A DNA stretch of 64,000 nt from Candidatus Aldehydirespirator sp. (GCA_965204415.1 CBDBEL010000001.1:514562-578561); one strand, 5' to 3'; counted from the first letter of the stretch, positions 9,677 through 19,532 are shown. Notes: a model not told the origin generated them from the sequence alone. A program made the numbers and translations.

Positions 9677-10678
9677 ATGCTCGACCAGGCACAGCAGCTC
9701 GACCAGGCACTGAGGAACTACTGGCACCCGGTCGCGGTCTCCGAGGAGGTCACCACCGAGCCCATGCAGGTGAGGCTGCTGGGCGAGGCCATCGTGCTGT
9801 ACCGCGACGCCGAGGGACTGGTGGCGCTGCGCGACAAGTGCGTTCACCGCGGGGTGGCCCTGTCGGGCGGGTGCATCCGCGACGGGCGGCTGATGTGCCC
9901 CTACCACGGCTGGCAGTACGACCGCAGCGGCAGGGTGGCGTTCATCCCCGCGCTGGGTGCCGGGGGCTCCATACCGAGCCAGGCCAGAGTCGACCGCTAC
10001 CACGTGCGCGAGGATCACGGCGCGGTGTGGGTCGCACCCGCCGAGCCGGTGGCCGGCCTGCCTCCGTGGCCCGACGACGACTGGCGCAGCGACGACTGGC
10101 ACGTGTTCCTGGTGGGCACGTGGCGCTGGCAGTCGTCCGCGGGCCGGATGCTGGAGAACGCCATCGACTTCGCCCACTTCAACTTCGTGCACGAGGGCTT
10201 CACCGAGCTGGCCGACGGAGCGTTCATCAAGCCCTTCGAGATCGAGGTCACCGGCGACGGCATGCGGTACGCCTACGACGACAGCGTGCTGCTGCGCGAC
10301 TACACGCTTCACCTGCCGTTCACCCTTCACGACCGCAAGTCGGTGGTGGCCGTCAGCGGCGGCGTCACCTGGTCCGAGCAGGGCAAGTCGAAGGCCGGCG
10401 ACATCACCACCATCACCTTCATCGCCTCGCCCACCGACCGGGCCGAGACCCGCATCTTCTCGTGGCTGTCGCGCAACCACTCCTTCGACACCTCCGACGC
10501 CGACTTCGGGGCCGGGTTCCACGACGTGATGGAGCAGGACCGCATCGTGGTCGAGGCCCAGGATCCGGCCGAGCTGCCCCTCGACCCCCGCGAGGAGCTC
10601 CACCTCAAGCTGGCCGACTCCGGGTCGATCGTCTACCGGAAGCTATTACGCGAACTGGCCCCTGCCGCCTCCTCGTGA
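9677..10678 (+). CDS. Rieske [2Fe-2S] non-heme-iron oxygenase (single catalytic subunit type)
   Basis: ATG 9677 after GGGGGA. CVHRG..CPYHGW; Fe site ENAIDFAHFNFVH; paralog of 1-606. Confidence 0.9.
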   Translation: MLDQAQQLDQALRNYWHPVAVSEEVTTEPMQVRLLGEAIVLYRDAEGLVALRDKCVHRGVALSGGCIRDGRLMCPYHGWQYDRSGRVAFIPALGAGGSIPSQARVDRYHVREDHGAVWVAPAEPVAGLPPWPDDDWRSDDWHVFLVGTWRWQSSAGRMLENAIDFAHFNFVHEGFTELADGAFIKPFEIEVTGDGMRYAYDDSVLLRDYTLHLPFTLHDRKSVVAVSGGVTWSEQGKSKAGDITTITFIASPTDRAETRIFSWLSRNHSFDTSDADFGAGFHDVMEQDRIVVEAQDPAELPLDPREELHLKLADSGSIVYRKLLRELAPAASS

Positions 10679-10749
10679 CCGCTTCGATGCCTACCACCAA
10701 GTCTGTAGAGAAAACCGTCGTATAGAGCCGAGACCATGCAGATTCCGTC

Positions 10750-11259
10750 GTGCAGCCGATGAGCGGCCCATGGCTCGAACCCGATGAGTCTGCTGCCGTA
10801 AGCCTGAGGGTCAACGGGACCGAGCTGGAGGTTCGCGTCCCGCCGAGGCGGACCCTGGCCGACGTCATGCGCGACGCGGGCTTCACGAGCGTGCGCCTCG
10901 GCTGCGAGCACGGCGTGTGCGGAACCTGCACGATCCTGCTCGACGGCGCGGCCGTCCGCTCGTGCCTGATGCTGGCCGTCCAGGGGCGGGGCCACGACAT
11001 CGAGACGGTCGAGAGCCTCGCGGACGGCGACGAACTCAGCACCCTGCAGCAGGCCTTCGACGACAACGACGCCCTGCAGTGCGGGTTCTGCACCCCCGGC
11101 TTCCTGATGCTGATCGAGGGCCTCATGCGCTCGGAGCCGGAGGCGGACGGGGACAGGGTCCTCGAGGTGGTGTCATCGAATCTGTGCCGCTGCACCGGTG
11201 CCGTGCCCGTGGTCCGGGCTGCTCTGGACGCTCTCGCCGCAAGCCGGGACGGCCGGTGA
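10750..11259 (+). CDS. (2Fe-2S)-binding small subunit of molybdenum hydroxylase (CoxS-like)
   Basis: CEHGVCGTCT, CGFCTPGF, NLCRCTG; alternative start ATG 10759. Confidence 0.9.
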   Translation: MQPMSGPWLEPDESAAVSLRVNGTELEVRVPPRRTLADVMRDAGFTSVRLGCEHGVCGTCTILLDGAAVRSCLMLAVQGRGHDIETVESLADGDELSTLQQAFDDNDALQCGFCTPGFLMLIEGLMRSEPEADGDRVLEVVSSNLCRCTGAVPVVRAALDALAASRDGR

Positions 11260-12122
11260 AACCCGCCCCCTTCGCCTATGCGGCCGCGAGCACGCTCGAC
11301 GAGGCGGCCGAGCTGCTCGGCGAGGCCGGGGAGGACGCCAAGCTGCTGGCCGGCGGCCAGAGCCTGCTGCCTCTGCTGGCCTTCCGGCTGGCCCGTCCCA
11401 GCCACATCATCGACATCGGCGCCGTCGAGGACCTGGACTCGATCGACGAGCACGACGACGGGCACCTGAGCGTCGGCGCGCTGGTGCGGCACGCGACCCT
11501 CGAGCGGGCCGATCTGCGCGGCCCCTGGAAGGCGCTCGCAGAGGCGGCCTCGCTCATCGGCCATCTTCCCATAAGGGTCAGGGGGACCTTCGGCGGGAGC
11601 CTGGCCCATGCCGACCCGGCCGGCGAGCTGGGCGTGGTCGCCGCAGCGCTCGACGCCGAGATCGTCCTCAAGAGCGTCAGGGGCCTGCGCACCGTGCCGG
11701 TCGGCGGGTTCTTCCTGGCCCCGCTGACGACCGCGGCCGATGCCGACGAGATCGTCGTCGAGGCCCGGTTCCCGGCGCCGGGCCGCGGGTTCCGGTCGGT
11801 GTTCGAGGAGTTCAGCCCCCGGGCGGGCGATTTCGCCTACGCCTCGGTGGCGGCCGGGTGCAGGATGGCCGGCGACGGATCGGCCCATGACGTGAGGCTC
11901 GCTCTCGGCAGCGTCGGCCCCACGCCGTTGCGGGCCCGCGAGGCCGAGGAGGCGCTGTCGGGCTCGATGCTCGACGACACCGCCGTCGCCGAGGGCGCCC
12001 GCTTGGCCGCGGCTGCCTGCGACCCCTCGGCCGGCGACTGGCACGCGGGCGGCGACTACCGCCGGGCGCTCGTGGCGCACCTGGTGGAGCGGGCGCTGCG
12101 ACGGCTGAGGGAACCGGCATGA
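11256..12122 (+). CDS. FAD-binding medium subunit of molybdenum hydroxylase (CoxM-like)
   Basis: GTG 11256 overlaps the small-subunit stop (GTGA). KLLAGGQSLLPLL motif. Confidence 0.85.
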   Translation: MKPAPFAYAAASTLDEAAELLGEAGEDAKLLAGGQSLLPLLAFRLARPSHIIDIGAVEDLDSIDEHDDGHLSVGALVRHATLERADLRGPWKALAEAASLIGHLPIRVRGTFGGSLAHADPAGELGVVAAALDAEIVLKSVRGLRTVPVGGFFLAPLTTAADADEIVVEARFPAPGRGFRSVFEEFSPRAGDFAYASVAAGCRMAGDGSAHDVRLALGSVGPTPLRAREAEEALSGSMLDDTAVAEGARLAAAACDPSAGDWHAGGDYRRALVAHLVERALRRLREPA

Positions 12123-14413
12123 GCAAGCCCCGCAGCCGGCTCATCGGCAGCCCGGAGCCCCGACGCAAGAACCGCGGGCTGCTGAGGGGCGAGGGCGCCT
12201 ACGTGGCCGACATCCGCCTCGACGGCCAGCTGCACGCGAAGGTGGTGCGCAGCCCGGCGGCCCGCGGCCGGCTGCTGGGCGTCGACACCTCCGAGGCTCT
12301 GGAGACCCCCGGGGTCGTGGCCGCCCTCACCGCCGACGACATCGACGACTTCAAGATCCCGATCCGGCTCCCGTTCGCGGAGTCGCCCGAGGCGAACAGG
12401 GTGCTGCAGGCGCCGCTGGCCGCAGACGTGGTCCGCTACGTCGGTGAACCGGTCGCGGTGGTGGTGGCCGACGATCCCTATGTGGCCGAGGACGCGGCCG
12501 AGCATGTGGTGGTGGACATCGACGAGCTGGAGCCGGTCCTCGATCCCGCGACCGCGTCGGAGTCGTCGCGGCCCCTGGTGCACGAGCACTTCGGGAGCAA
12601 CACCGTCAACCGGCTCGCCTACCGGTACGGGGACGTCGACGGGGCGTTCGCGCGGGCCGACGTGGTGGTGCGCCGGCGGCTTCGGGTCCATCGCCTCGCG
12701 GCGGCGCCGATGGAGACCCGCGGGCTGGTCGCCGACTTCGACCCCGCATCGGGCGTGCTCACCGTGTGGGGCGGCGCCAAGGTCAAGCACTTCACCCGGG
12801 GCCTGCTCAGCAAGGCGCTGGGACTGGAGCCCGCCGACGTCCGTGTGATCGAGGTGGAGGTCGGGGGCGGGTTCGGGACTCGGGGCGAGCCCTACCCCGA
12901 GGATGTCCTCGTCGCGCTGCTGGCCCGGCGCCTGGAGAGGCCCGTGGCCTGGATCGAGGACCGCTGGGAGCACATGGTCGCCACCAACCACGCCCGGGAG
13001 CAGGAGCACGACTTCGAGCTCGCCGCCGACGCCCGCGGCCGGCTGCTGGGCTTCCGGGCGCGGGGCTGGTGCGATCAGGGCGCCTACGTGAGGACCCAGG
13101 GCCTGCTGCCGGCCGTGCTGCCCATGGTCCACTTCCCCGGCCCCTACCGGTGGCAGGCGTTCAGCATGGATCTCGACGCGGTGCTGACCAACCGGACCCC
13201 GGTGGGCACCTACCGCGGCCCGGGCATGACCGAGGCGACGTTCGTGCGCGAGCGCATGGTCGACATCGCGGCCGCGGAGCTGGGCATGGACCCGGCCGAC
13301 CTGCGGCGCCGGAACCTGATACCGGCCGAGTCGATGCCGTGCGGCTTCGCGCCGGGGCCCGGTTCGGGGGCGGTGATGCCGATCATGTACCAGGGCGGCG
13401 ACTTCGTCCGGACCTTCGATGAACTGCTGGCCACCGCCGGCTACGACCGGCTGCGCGCCGAGAGGCAGCAGGCCCGAGCCGGCGGACGCCACGCCGGCGT
13501 CGGCATCGCGGCCTACATCGAGTTCGCCGGAGCCGGGCCGTTCGAGGAGGTCGACGTGATCGGGGGGCCCGCCGGCGTCGTCGTCCGTGCCGGGGTCGCG
13601 TCGCTGGGCCAGGGCGTCGAGACCGCGCTGGCCCAGATCGCGGCGGAGCTCCTCGATGTGGCGCTTGACGACGTGACCGTCGAGTTCCACGACACCGACG
13701 AGATCCCGCAGGGCTTCGGAGCGTTCGCCAGCCGCTCGACCGCGCTGGCCGGCAACGCGATCGCGGCCGCGGTCGACGAGATGCGGGCCAGGGCCGCCCC
13801 GCTCTTGGGATGCGGCCCGGACGAAGTGGAGTTCCGCGGCGGGGCAGCCACCGCCCCCGGCGGCCGATCAGTGGGGCTCGACGAGATCGGCCCCGCCCGC
13901 GGCCGCTTCGAGACGGACGCTCTCACCGCCTCCTTCGGCGGGGCGGTCTGCTCGGTGTCGGTCGACCCCGGCGACGGCCGGGCCCGGGTGGACCGGTTCG
14001 TGCTGGCCCACGACGTCGGGCGGGCCGTCAACCCGAGACTGCTGAGGGGCCAGCTGGCGGGCGCCGCCGCGCAGGGAATCGGCGGAGCGCTCTTCGAGGA
14101 GGTCGCCTACGACGACAACGGGCAGCCGCAGTCGGTGACGCTCGCCGACTACATGATGCCCACCGCAGCCGAGCTGCCCGAAGTGGAGGTCGCCATCATC
14201 GAGCAGGGCAGCGGATCCAACCCGCTGGGCATCAAGGGCGGGGGGGAGGCCGGGATGGTCGCCTCGCTGGGCGCGGTCACCAACGGCGTGGCCGACGCGA
14301 TGGGCGAGGGGGCCGAGGTGCTAAGCAGTTCGGTCAGCCCGGCACGGGTCTGGCGGGCCCTGAGTCGGCGCGCCGCGCCGGCAGGGGCGCCCCGGGCAAC
14401 GGAGGAGGCATAG
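12119..14413 (+). CDS. molybdopterin-binding large subunit, xanthine dehydrogenase/CoxL family
   Basis: 764 aa; ATGA overlap with the medium subunit; VGTYRGPG, GGGFG, GIKGGGEAG motifs. Confidence 0.9.
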   Translation: MSKPRSRLIGSPEPRRKNRGLLRGEGAYVADIRLDGQLHAKVVRSPAARGRLLGVDTSEALETPGVVAALTADDIDDFKIPIRLPFAESPEANRVLQAPLAADVVRYVGEPVAVVVADDPYVAEDAAEHVVVDIDELEPVLDPATASESSRPLVHEHFGSNTVNRLAYRYGDVDGAFARADVVVRRRLRVHRLAAAPMETRGLVADFDPASGVLTVWGGAKVKHFTRGLLSKALGLEPADVRVIEVEVGGGFGTRGEPYPEDVLVALLARRLERPVAWIEDRWEHMVATNHAREQEHDFELAADARGRLLGFRARGWCDQGAYVRTQGLLPAVLPMVHFPGPYRWQAFSMDLDAVLTNRTPVGTYRGPGMTEATFVRERMVDIAAAELGMDPADLRRRNLIPAESMPCGFAPGPGSGAVMPIMYQGGDFVRTFDELLATAGYDRLRAERQQARAGGRHAGVGIAAYIEFAGAGPFEEVDVIGGPAGVVVRAGVASLGQGVETALAQIAAELLDVALDDVTVEFHDTDEIPQGFGAFASRSTALAGNAIAAAVDEMRARAAPLLGCGPDEVEFRGGAATAPGGRSVGLDEIGPARGRFETDALTASFGGAVCSVSVDPGDGRARVDRFVLAHDVGRAVNPRLLRGQLAGAAAQGIGGALFEEVAYDDNGQPQSVTLADYMMPTAAELPEVEVAIIEQGSGSNPLGIKGGGEAGMVASLGAVTNGVADAMGEGAEVLSSSVSPARVWRALSRRAAPAGAPRATEEA

Positions 14414-14415
14414 CC

Positions 14416-15366
14416 ATGATCGTCGACAGCCACGTCCACCTCTTCCCCCGGCAATGGCAGCCGGAGGGCCACATGCCGCCGGACCTCTTCGACGTGGCCC
14501 GCCAGCTCGAACGCATGGAGCAGGGCGGGATCACCACCTCGGTCGTCTCCGATCCCCACATCTGGTACGGGGACCTCGACACCTCCCACATCGAGCAGGT
14601 CCGTACCTACAACGACTTCGTCGCCGACCTTCAGCGCGACCACCCCGGAACCCTGGCCGGTCTGGCCACCGCGGTCCCATGGCGGGGCCGCGAGCACCTC
14701 GACGAGGCCCGGCGGGCCGCGGAGGAGCTCGGGCTGGCCGGCTTCGCGGTGCCGACGAGCGACCAGAACCGGTACCTCGACAGCGTCCCCGCCGAGTTCT
14801 GGGAGTACGCGTCGAGCATCGGGGCGCCGATCTTCATGCACCCCGGCGGCCAGACCGTCGGCCAGGACCTCATGGGCATCTACCGCATGGGCGAGGTGTG
14901 CGGGCGCCCGCTGGACATGACGGTCACGCTGTCCCGGTTCATCCTCACCGGCACCTACGAGCGGTTCCCGCAACTGGAGCTGCTGTGCGCGCACGCCGGC
15001 GGCGCCATCACCGCCATCGCCGACCGGCTCGACTTCGGGCACGAGCTGCGCGACTACGCCCCTCTCGGGCCGTGGGGCGAAGTCGAGCTGGTCGAGCCGC
15101 CGTCGAGCCACGTCGGGAAGCTCTTCCTCGACACGGTCACGTTCGGGCCCCGGACGCTGAGGATGGCTCTGGAGACCGTCGGCTCCGAGCACGTCTGCTT
15201 CGGCACCGACTGCCCGCCGGTGCCGTGGACCGTCGAGAGGCACCTCGCGGTCGTGGACGGACTGGACCTGAGCGAAGACCAGCGCGCCGACGTCCTCGGA
15301 CGCAACGCTGAGCGGCTCTTCCTCACCCAGGCAGCCGAGCAGGCAGGGGGCGGGCAGGATGCCTGA
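14416..15366 (+). CDS. amidohydrolase_2 (ACMSD/LigW-type metal-dependent hydrolase or decarboxylase) family protein
   Basis: MIVDSHVHLFP (HxH metal site); ~316 aa; FGTDCP near the C-terminus. Confidence 0.8.
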   Translation: MIVDSHVHLFPRQWQPEGHMPPDLFDVARQLERMEQGGITTSVVSDPHIWYGDLDTSHIEQVRTYNDFVADLQRDHPGTLAGLATAVPWRGREHLDEARRAAEELGLAGFAVPTSDQNRYLDSVPAEFWEYASSIGAPIFMHPGGQTVGQDLMGIYRMGEVCGRPLDMTVTLSRFILTGTYERFPQLELLCAHAGGAITAIADRLDFGHELRDYAPLGPWGEVELVEPPSSHVGKLFLDTVTFGPRTLRMALETVGSEHVCFGTDCPPVPWTVERHLAVVDGLDLSEDQRADVLGRNAERLFLTQAAEQAGGGQDA

Positions 15367-16378
15367 GTACACCCCGACCGACGCCCGGGCGTGGGCGCTG
15401 GAGAACCTCGTGGGGTGCTGCGGCTGTGTCCTGCCCACGTTCACCGGCGACCTGTCGACGCTGAACGAGGCCGCCATCCGCCACGACGTCGACATGGAGC
15501 GCGGGCTCGGGATGCGAGCCGTCCTCGTCGTGAGCGAGGGCGGCACCACCCTTGAGGAGTACCGGCGGCTGCTGGAGATCGTCGCGGACGCGGCCGGCGA
15601 CCTCATGGTGGTGGTGCAGGCGTCGCAGCCGACCTGGGACCTCCAGCAGCTCACCATCGAGTGGGGCGCCGAGCTGGGCGCCGACCTGGTGCTGCCGTCC
15701 TACCCGATGACGTTCTACCCGCGGACCCTCGACGAGCTCTACGAGGCCAGCAAGGCGATGATCGACCGCTCGCCGCTGGGCGTGCTGCTGTTCGCCATCG
15801 ACCAGTGGAACTTCGCCCGGCTGCACCCGGCCGCGTTCCCGGTAGAGCTGCTGGAGAGGCTCGCCGCCGACTGCGGAATGCTGGTCGGGGTCAAGAACGA
15901 GATCGGACTGCCCTACACGGGCGGCATGGACGACGTCTTCCGGCTCCTCGGCGACCAGATCGTGGTGACCGACCCGATGGAGTCGAACGCGCCGATCTGG
16001 ATCCGCCACTACGGCATGAAGTACATGGGGACCTCCAACTACGAGGCCTTCGGGCCCCGCATCCCCCGGATGCTCGAAATGCTCGGCGACCCCGCCACCT
16101 GGGACGAGGGGATGGAGCTGTACTGGCAGAACACGCCGGTCCGCAAGGCCAACAGCGCCACCGTGAGCCCGGTGGTGGCCACCACCGGGATGGTGCCCCG
16201 GAGCATCTGGAAGTACCAGGGCTGGCTCAACGGCTTCAACGGCGGGCCGCTGCGGGGTCCGCTGGCCCGCATCAACGCGGCCCAGATGGGCATGATCCGC
16301 AAGGCCGCGGTCGATGCCGGCCTAGACGTCACCGAGGATCCAGACGAGGCGTTCTGGGTCGGAAGGAACCCCGCGTGA
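15359..16378 (+). CDS. dihydrodipicolinate synthase/NAL-family class I aldolase-like protein
   Basis: 339 aa; Schiff-base Lys context VGVKNEIG; 8-nt overlap with the upstream gene. Confidence 0.7.
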   Translation: MPEYTPTDARAWALENLVGCCGCVLPTFTGDLSTLNEAAIRHDVDMERGLGMRAVLVVSEGGTTLEEYRRLLEIVADAAGDLMVVVQASQPTWDLQQLTIEWGAELGADLVLPSYPMTFYPRTLDELYEASKAMIDRSPLGVLLFAIDQWNFARLHPAAFPVELLERLAADCGMLVGVKNEIGLPYTGGMDDVFRLLGDQIVVTDPMESNAPIWIRHYGMKYMGTSNYEAFGPRIPRMLEMLGDPATWDEGMELYWQNTPVRKANSATVSPVVATTGMVPRSIWKYQGWLNGFNGGPLRGPLARINAAQMGMIRKAAVDAGLDVTEDPDEAFWVGRNPA

Positions 16379-16427
16379 CCATCGACGGTTACGAGGCGTT
16401 CTGGGCGGACAGGAACCCCGCGTGACC
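16344..16427 (+). repeat. junction duplication, two 37-nt copies with period 47
   Basis: acgaggcgttctgggtcggaaggaaccccgcgtgacc at 16344-16380 versus acgaggcgttctgggcggacaggaaccccgcgtgacc at 16391-16427. Confidence 0.85.
16375..16425 (+). other. candidate relay mini-ORF (16 codons, VTIDGYEAFWADRNPA)
   Basis: GTG overlaps the stop of 15359-16378 (GTGA); its TGA overlaps GTG 16422 (GTGA). Confidence 0.4.
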
Positions 16428-17429
16428 GCGCTGGGAGGCCCCCCGCTGTTCCTCGACGGCGAGCTCGTCGATGCGCTCGCCTCGGTGGAGGTCGGGCTGG
16501 AAGCGGCCCGGGTGTCGGCGGGCGCCGAAGCCGTGACCGGACGGGTGCAGATCGCGGACGACCGGACCTGGATGCGGGTGCTGGCCGGCATCCTGCCCGA
16601 GCTCGGCATAGTCGGCTACAAGGAGTTCCACCGGGTCGGGCAGCGGGTGCGGTACCACGTGAGCATCTTCGAGCGCGACACCGCCGACATGATCGGCGTC
16701 GTCGACGGTCGGCGCATCACCAGCCTGCGCACCGCCTCCACCGCTGCGCTGGCGTTCGAGCACGTCGACGACGGCCGGCCCAAGAAGCTGGCGGTGATCG
16801 GCAGCGGCGAGGAGGCCAAGGAGGGACTGCGGGCGGTGGCCGCAGTGTCGACCCTGGCCGAGGTGGCCGTGTTCAGTCCCACACCGGCCAACCGCCAGGC
16901 GTTCTGCGAGGTGCACGGCCCGGTCGCGGGGGTGCCCGTCTACCCGGTGGAGTCGGTCGACGCCGCGCTGGCCGGCGCCCAGCAGGCGTACGTGGCGACC
17001 TCCTCGGCCGGCCCGGCGTTCCTGGAAGCACGCCAGGTCGCGCATCTCGACATGCTGGCCGGGATCGGATCGACCCGGCCCGACCAGCGGGAGCTAATCG
17101 GCGACGTCTTCACCGGGGCATCCCAGGTGGTCTTCGACTGCGCCGACGCCCGCCACGAGCCGGGAGACGTGATCGACGCGGTCGATCGGTTCGGGTTCGA
17201 CCCCGACGGCGCCCTGTTGTTGAAGGACTGGCTGGAGTCGCCCTACGAGGCGACCGGCGAGGGTCCGCTGGTGTTCAAGTCGATCGGCACCGTCGAGCAG
17301 GACCTCGCCCTCGCCCACCGCCTGCTGGTCGCCGCCCGCGAGCAGGGACTGGGGATCCCGGCCCCCGAGATCGGGTCGCTGCGCATCATGCGGGACCCAG
17401 AGGCCGAGCGAGGAGGACAACAGGCATGA
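16422..17429 (+). CDS. ornithine cyclodeaminase/mu-crystallin family protein
   Basis: GRRITSLRTASTAALA motif, Rossmann LAVIGSGEEAK; GTG start. Confidence 0.8.
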   Translation: MTALGGPPLFLDGELVDALASVEVGLEAARVSAGAEAVTGRVQIADDRTWMRVLAGILPELGIVGYKEFHRVGQRVRYHVSIFERDTADMIGVVDGRRITSLRTASTAALAFEHVDDGRPKKLAVIGSGEEAKEGLRAVAAVSTLAEVAVFSPTPANRQAFCEVHGPVAGVPVYPVESVDAALAGAQQAYVATSSAGPAFLEARQVAHLDMLAGIGSTRPDQRELIGDVFTGASQVVFDCADARHEPGDVIDAVDRFGFDPDGALLLKDWLESPYEATGEGPLVFKSIGTVEQDLALAHRLLVAAREQGLGIPAPEIGSLRIMRDPEAERGGQQA

Positions 17430-17560
17430 TGCGGCGAAACGCACTGAGCGAGGCCGTGGCCCGAGCGGCCCGTGAGCGCAGCGAACAAGAGCGGGAAAGC
17501 CCCCTCTGCACCGCGAAGCGACGGCATCGGCGCACCGGGCGGGACCCAGAGGCCGAGCGG
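17398..17560 (+). repeat. interspersed intergenic repeat, copy A (core 17446-17496)
   Basis: Core gagcgaggccgtggcccgagcggcccgtgagcgcagcgaacaagagcggga, preceded and followed by a gaggccgagcg box; boundaries approximate. Confidence 0.8.
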
Positions 17561-17578
17561 GCGGGACGACCGCGATGA
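17426..17578 (+). other. candidate relay mini-ORF (50 codons) reading through interspersed repeat copy A
   Basis: ATG overlaps the OCD-like stop (ATGA); its TGA 17576-17578 overlaps the next ATG 17575. Confidence 0.3.
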
Positions 17579-17616
17579 TGCGGCCATCTGCGCACCGTGC
17601 GGGACTAGGTTCCTGA
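17575..17616 (+). other. candidate relay mini-ORF (13 codons, MMRPSAHRAGLGS)
   Basis: Starts in ATGA overlap with the previous mini-ORF; stops 17 nt before ATG 17634. Confidence 0.3.
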
Positions 17617-17633
17617 GACGAGGGGGTCGCGTC

Positions 17634-18971
17634 ATGGCACTGATCGACACCGACGGCGGGTTCCGGGTCAGCCGCCGCATCTACCACGACCCCGAGATCC
17701 ACCGCCGCGAGCTCGACTCGATCTTTAAGAAGTCGTGGTTCTTCGTGGGGCACGCCTCGGAGATCCCCGAGCCCGGCGACTACGTGACCAGACCCCTCGG
17801 CGTCGACCCGGTGATCGTGAACCGGGACCGCGACGGCCGCGTCCACGTGATGCTGAACTCGTGCTCGCACCGGGGCGTGAAGATCTGCCGGTCGGGGCGA
17901 GGCAACACCAAGGCCCACCGGTGCTCCTACCACGGCTGGGCCTACGGACTCGACGGGGCGTGCCGGGCGGTGACCTACGAGAAGGAGGTGTACGGCCCGG
18001 ACTTCGACAAGTCGCGCTTCAACCTGCGCTCGGCCCGGGTCGAGACGCTGCACGGGCTGATCTTCGCCACCTGGGACCACCGGGGACCGTCGCTGGCCGA
18101 GGCCCTGGGCCCCATGACCTACTACTTCGACGCGCTGTTCGGGAAGTTCGACCGCGGTTTCGAGGTGATGGGCTCGCCGGTGCGGACCCGCATCGCCGCC
18201 AACTGGAAGGCCGAGACCGAGAACCTCTCCGGCGACGGCTACCACACCATGATCACCCACGAGACCGCGCTGCGGTTCGGGCTCTTCCCGAGCCCCGAGG
18301 ACGTGGCCCCCTACGGCGATCCGGTCGGCCCGAAGTTCCCCGGTCGCACGGTGCAGTGCGGCAACGGCCACACCATCCGGATCCAGCATCTGCCCATCGA
18401 GACCCGCCCGCCCGGCTTCCTCGGCTACCCCGAGGAGCTCTGGGGTGAGATCGAGCAGAACCTCAAGCCGGGCCAGGTCGACATCATGGCCCGCACTTCG
18501 GTCACCCACGGCAGCGTGTTCCCCAACCTGTCGTTCCTGGAGAACTTCAAGACCGCCACCGACGGGCCCGGCTCGATGTGCCGCTACACCCGGCTCACGC
18601 TGAAGGTCCCGATCGACGAGGGCTCGACCGAGATCTGGTGGTGGCATCTCGTGCCGGCCGACGCCTCGGAGGCATGGAAGGAGCGTTCCCAGCGGGCCTA
18701 CCTGAGGACCAACGGCCCCGGAGGGATGTTCGAGCTCGACGACAACGAGAACTTCCTCGGAATGGCCGAGGCCAACAGCGGACCGGTCGGGCTCGACCAG
18801 CACTACGACTATGTGGCCGGCACCCACCATCCCGACGCCCACGGCCTGGAGTGGCCCGGCCATGTGCAGGACGCCGACCGCAGCGAGCACACGCTGCGCG
18901 GCTTCCTCACCGAGTGGCGCCGCCGCATGGAGTTGACCGCAGTCTCCGAGCCGGCCGGGTCCGGCCCATGA
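17634..18971 (+). CDS. aromatic ring-hydroxylating dioxygenase alpha subunit
   Basis: ATG 17634 after GAGGGGG. Rieske CSHRG..CSYHGW; Fe site GDGYHTMITH. Confidence 0.9.
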   Translation: MALIDTDGGFRVSRRIYHDPEIHRRELDSIFKKSWFFVGHASEIPEPGDYVTRPLGVDPVIVNRDRDGRVHVMLNSCSHRGVKICRSGRGNTKAHRCSYHGWAYGLDGACRAVTYEKEVYGPDFDKSRFNLRSARVETLHGLIFATWDHRGPSLAEALGPMTYYFDALFGKFDRGFEVMGSPVRTRIAANWKAETENLSGDGYHTMITHETALRFGLFPSPEDVAPYGDPVGPKFPGRTVQCGNGHTIRIQHLPIETRPPGFLGYPEELWGEIEQNLKPGQVDIMARTSVTHGSVFPNLSFLENFKTATDGPGSMCRYTRLTLKVPIDEGSTEIWWWHLVPADASEAWKERSQRAYLRTNGPGGMFELDDNENFLGMAEANSGPVGLDQHYDYVAGTHHPDAHGLEWPGHVQDADRSEHTLRGFLTEWRRRMELTAVSEPAGSGP

Positions 18972-19522
18972 CGAGGCTGCGCTGGGTCCATCCGACGACC
19001 ACCGGAGACCCGGCGCCGCTGCAGGTCCATCACGAGCTGGGCCTGTGCTACGCCTACGAGGCCGAGCTGCTCGACGAGTGGCGCCTCGACGAATGGCTCG
19101 ACCTGGTCGACGAGGGCTTCACGTACCTGGTGCCGGTGCCGCTGGTGACCGACCAGCACCCGCAGCTCGGCTACGACCCGTCCGCTCTGTTCATGGACGA
19201 GACCCGTGACTCGATCGCAGAGAACTGGGCGGCCCGGCTGACCGGCGAGAACATCGCGGTGTCGTGGGCTGACCGGCCTGCGGTGCGCACCCGCCGGTTC
19301 CTGTCGGCGCTGCGGGTCCGGTCCACGGACAAGCCTGAGGAATATCTGGCCCGAATGAATGTCCAGGTGGCAATGGTGCGCCAAGGCAGTCAGCCCGGCG
19401 AGATGATCGGCGAGCGATTCGACATCGTCCGCCGGGCGGGAGACTCGTTCCGCATCATGTCGCGGTTCGTGGTCCTGCTGAGCGCGATAGTGGACGCGCC
19501 CCGCCCCCGGACCATCCTCTGA
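18968..19522 (+). CDS. aromatic ring-hydroxylating dioxygenase beta subunit
   Basis: 184 aa; ATGA overlap with the alpha subunit; SnoaL/NTF2-like size and position. Confidence 0.8.
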   Translation: MTRLRWVHPTTTGDPAPLQVHHELGLCYAYEAELLDEWRLDEWLDLVDEGFTYLVPVPLVTDQHPQLGYDPSALFMDETRDSIAENWAARLTGENIAVSWADRPAVRTRRFLSALRVRSTDKPEEYLARMNVQVAMVRQGSQPGEMIGERFDIVRRAGDSFRIMSRFVVLLSAIVDAPRPRTIL

Positions 19523-19532
19523 GCGGTGAAGA

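Noticed and set aside
17446-17496. The interspersed repeat as a protein-coding module (recurrent peptide ARAARERSEQERE)
   Set aside because: Copy B has an insertion and in-frame stops on both sides in that frame. Copy C is antisense to its operon. Several frames are open simply because of GC content. Conservation is at the nucleotide level.
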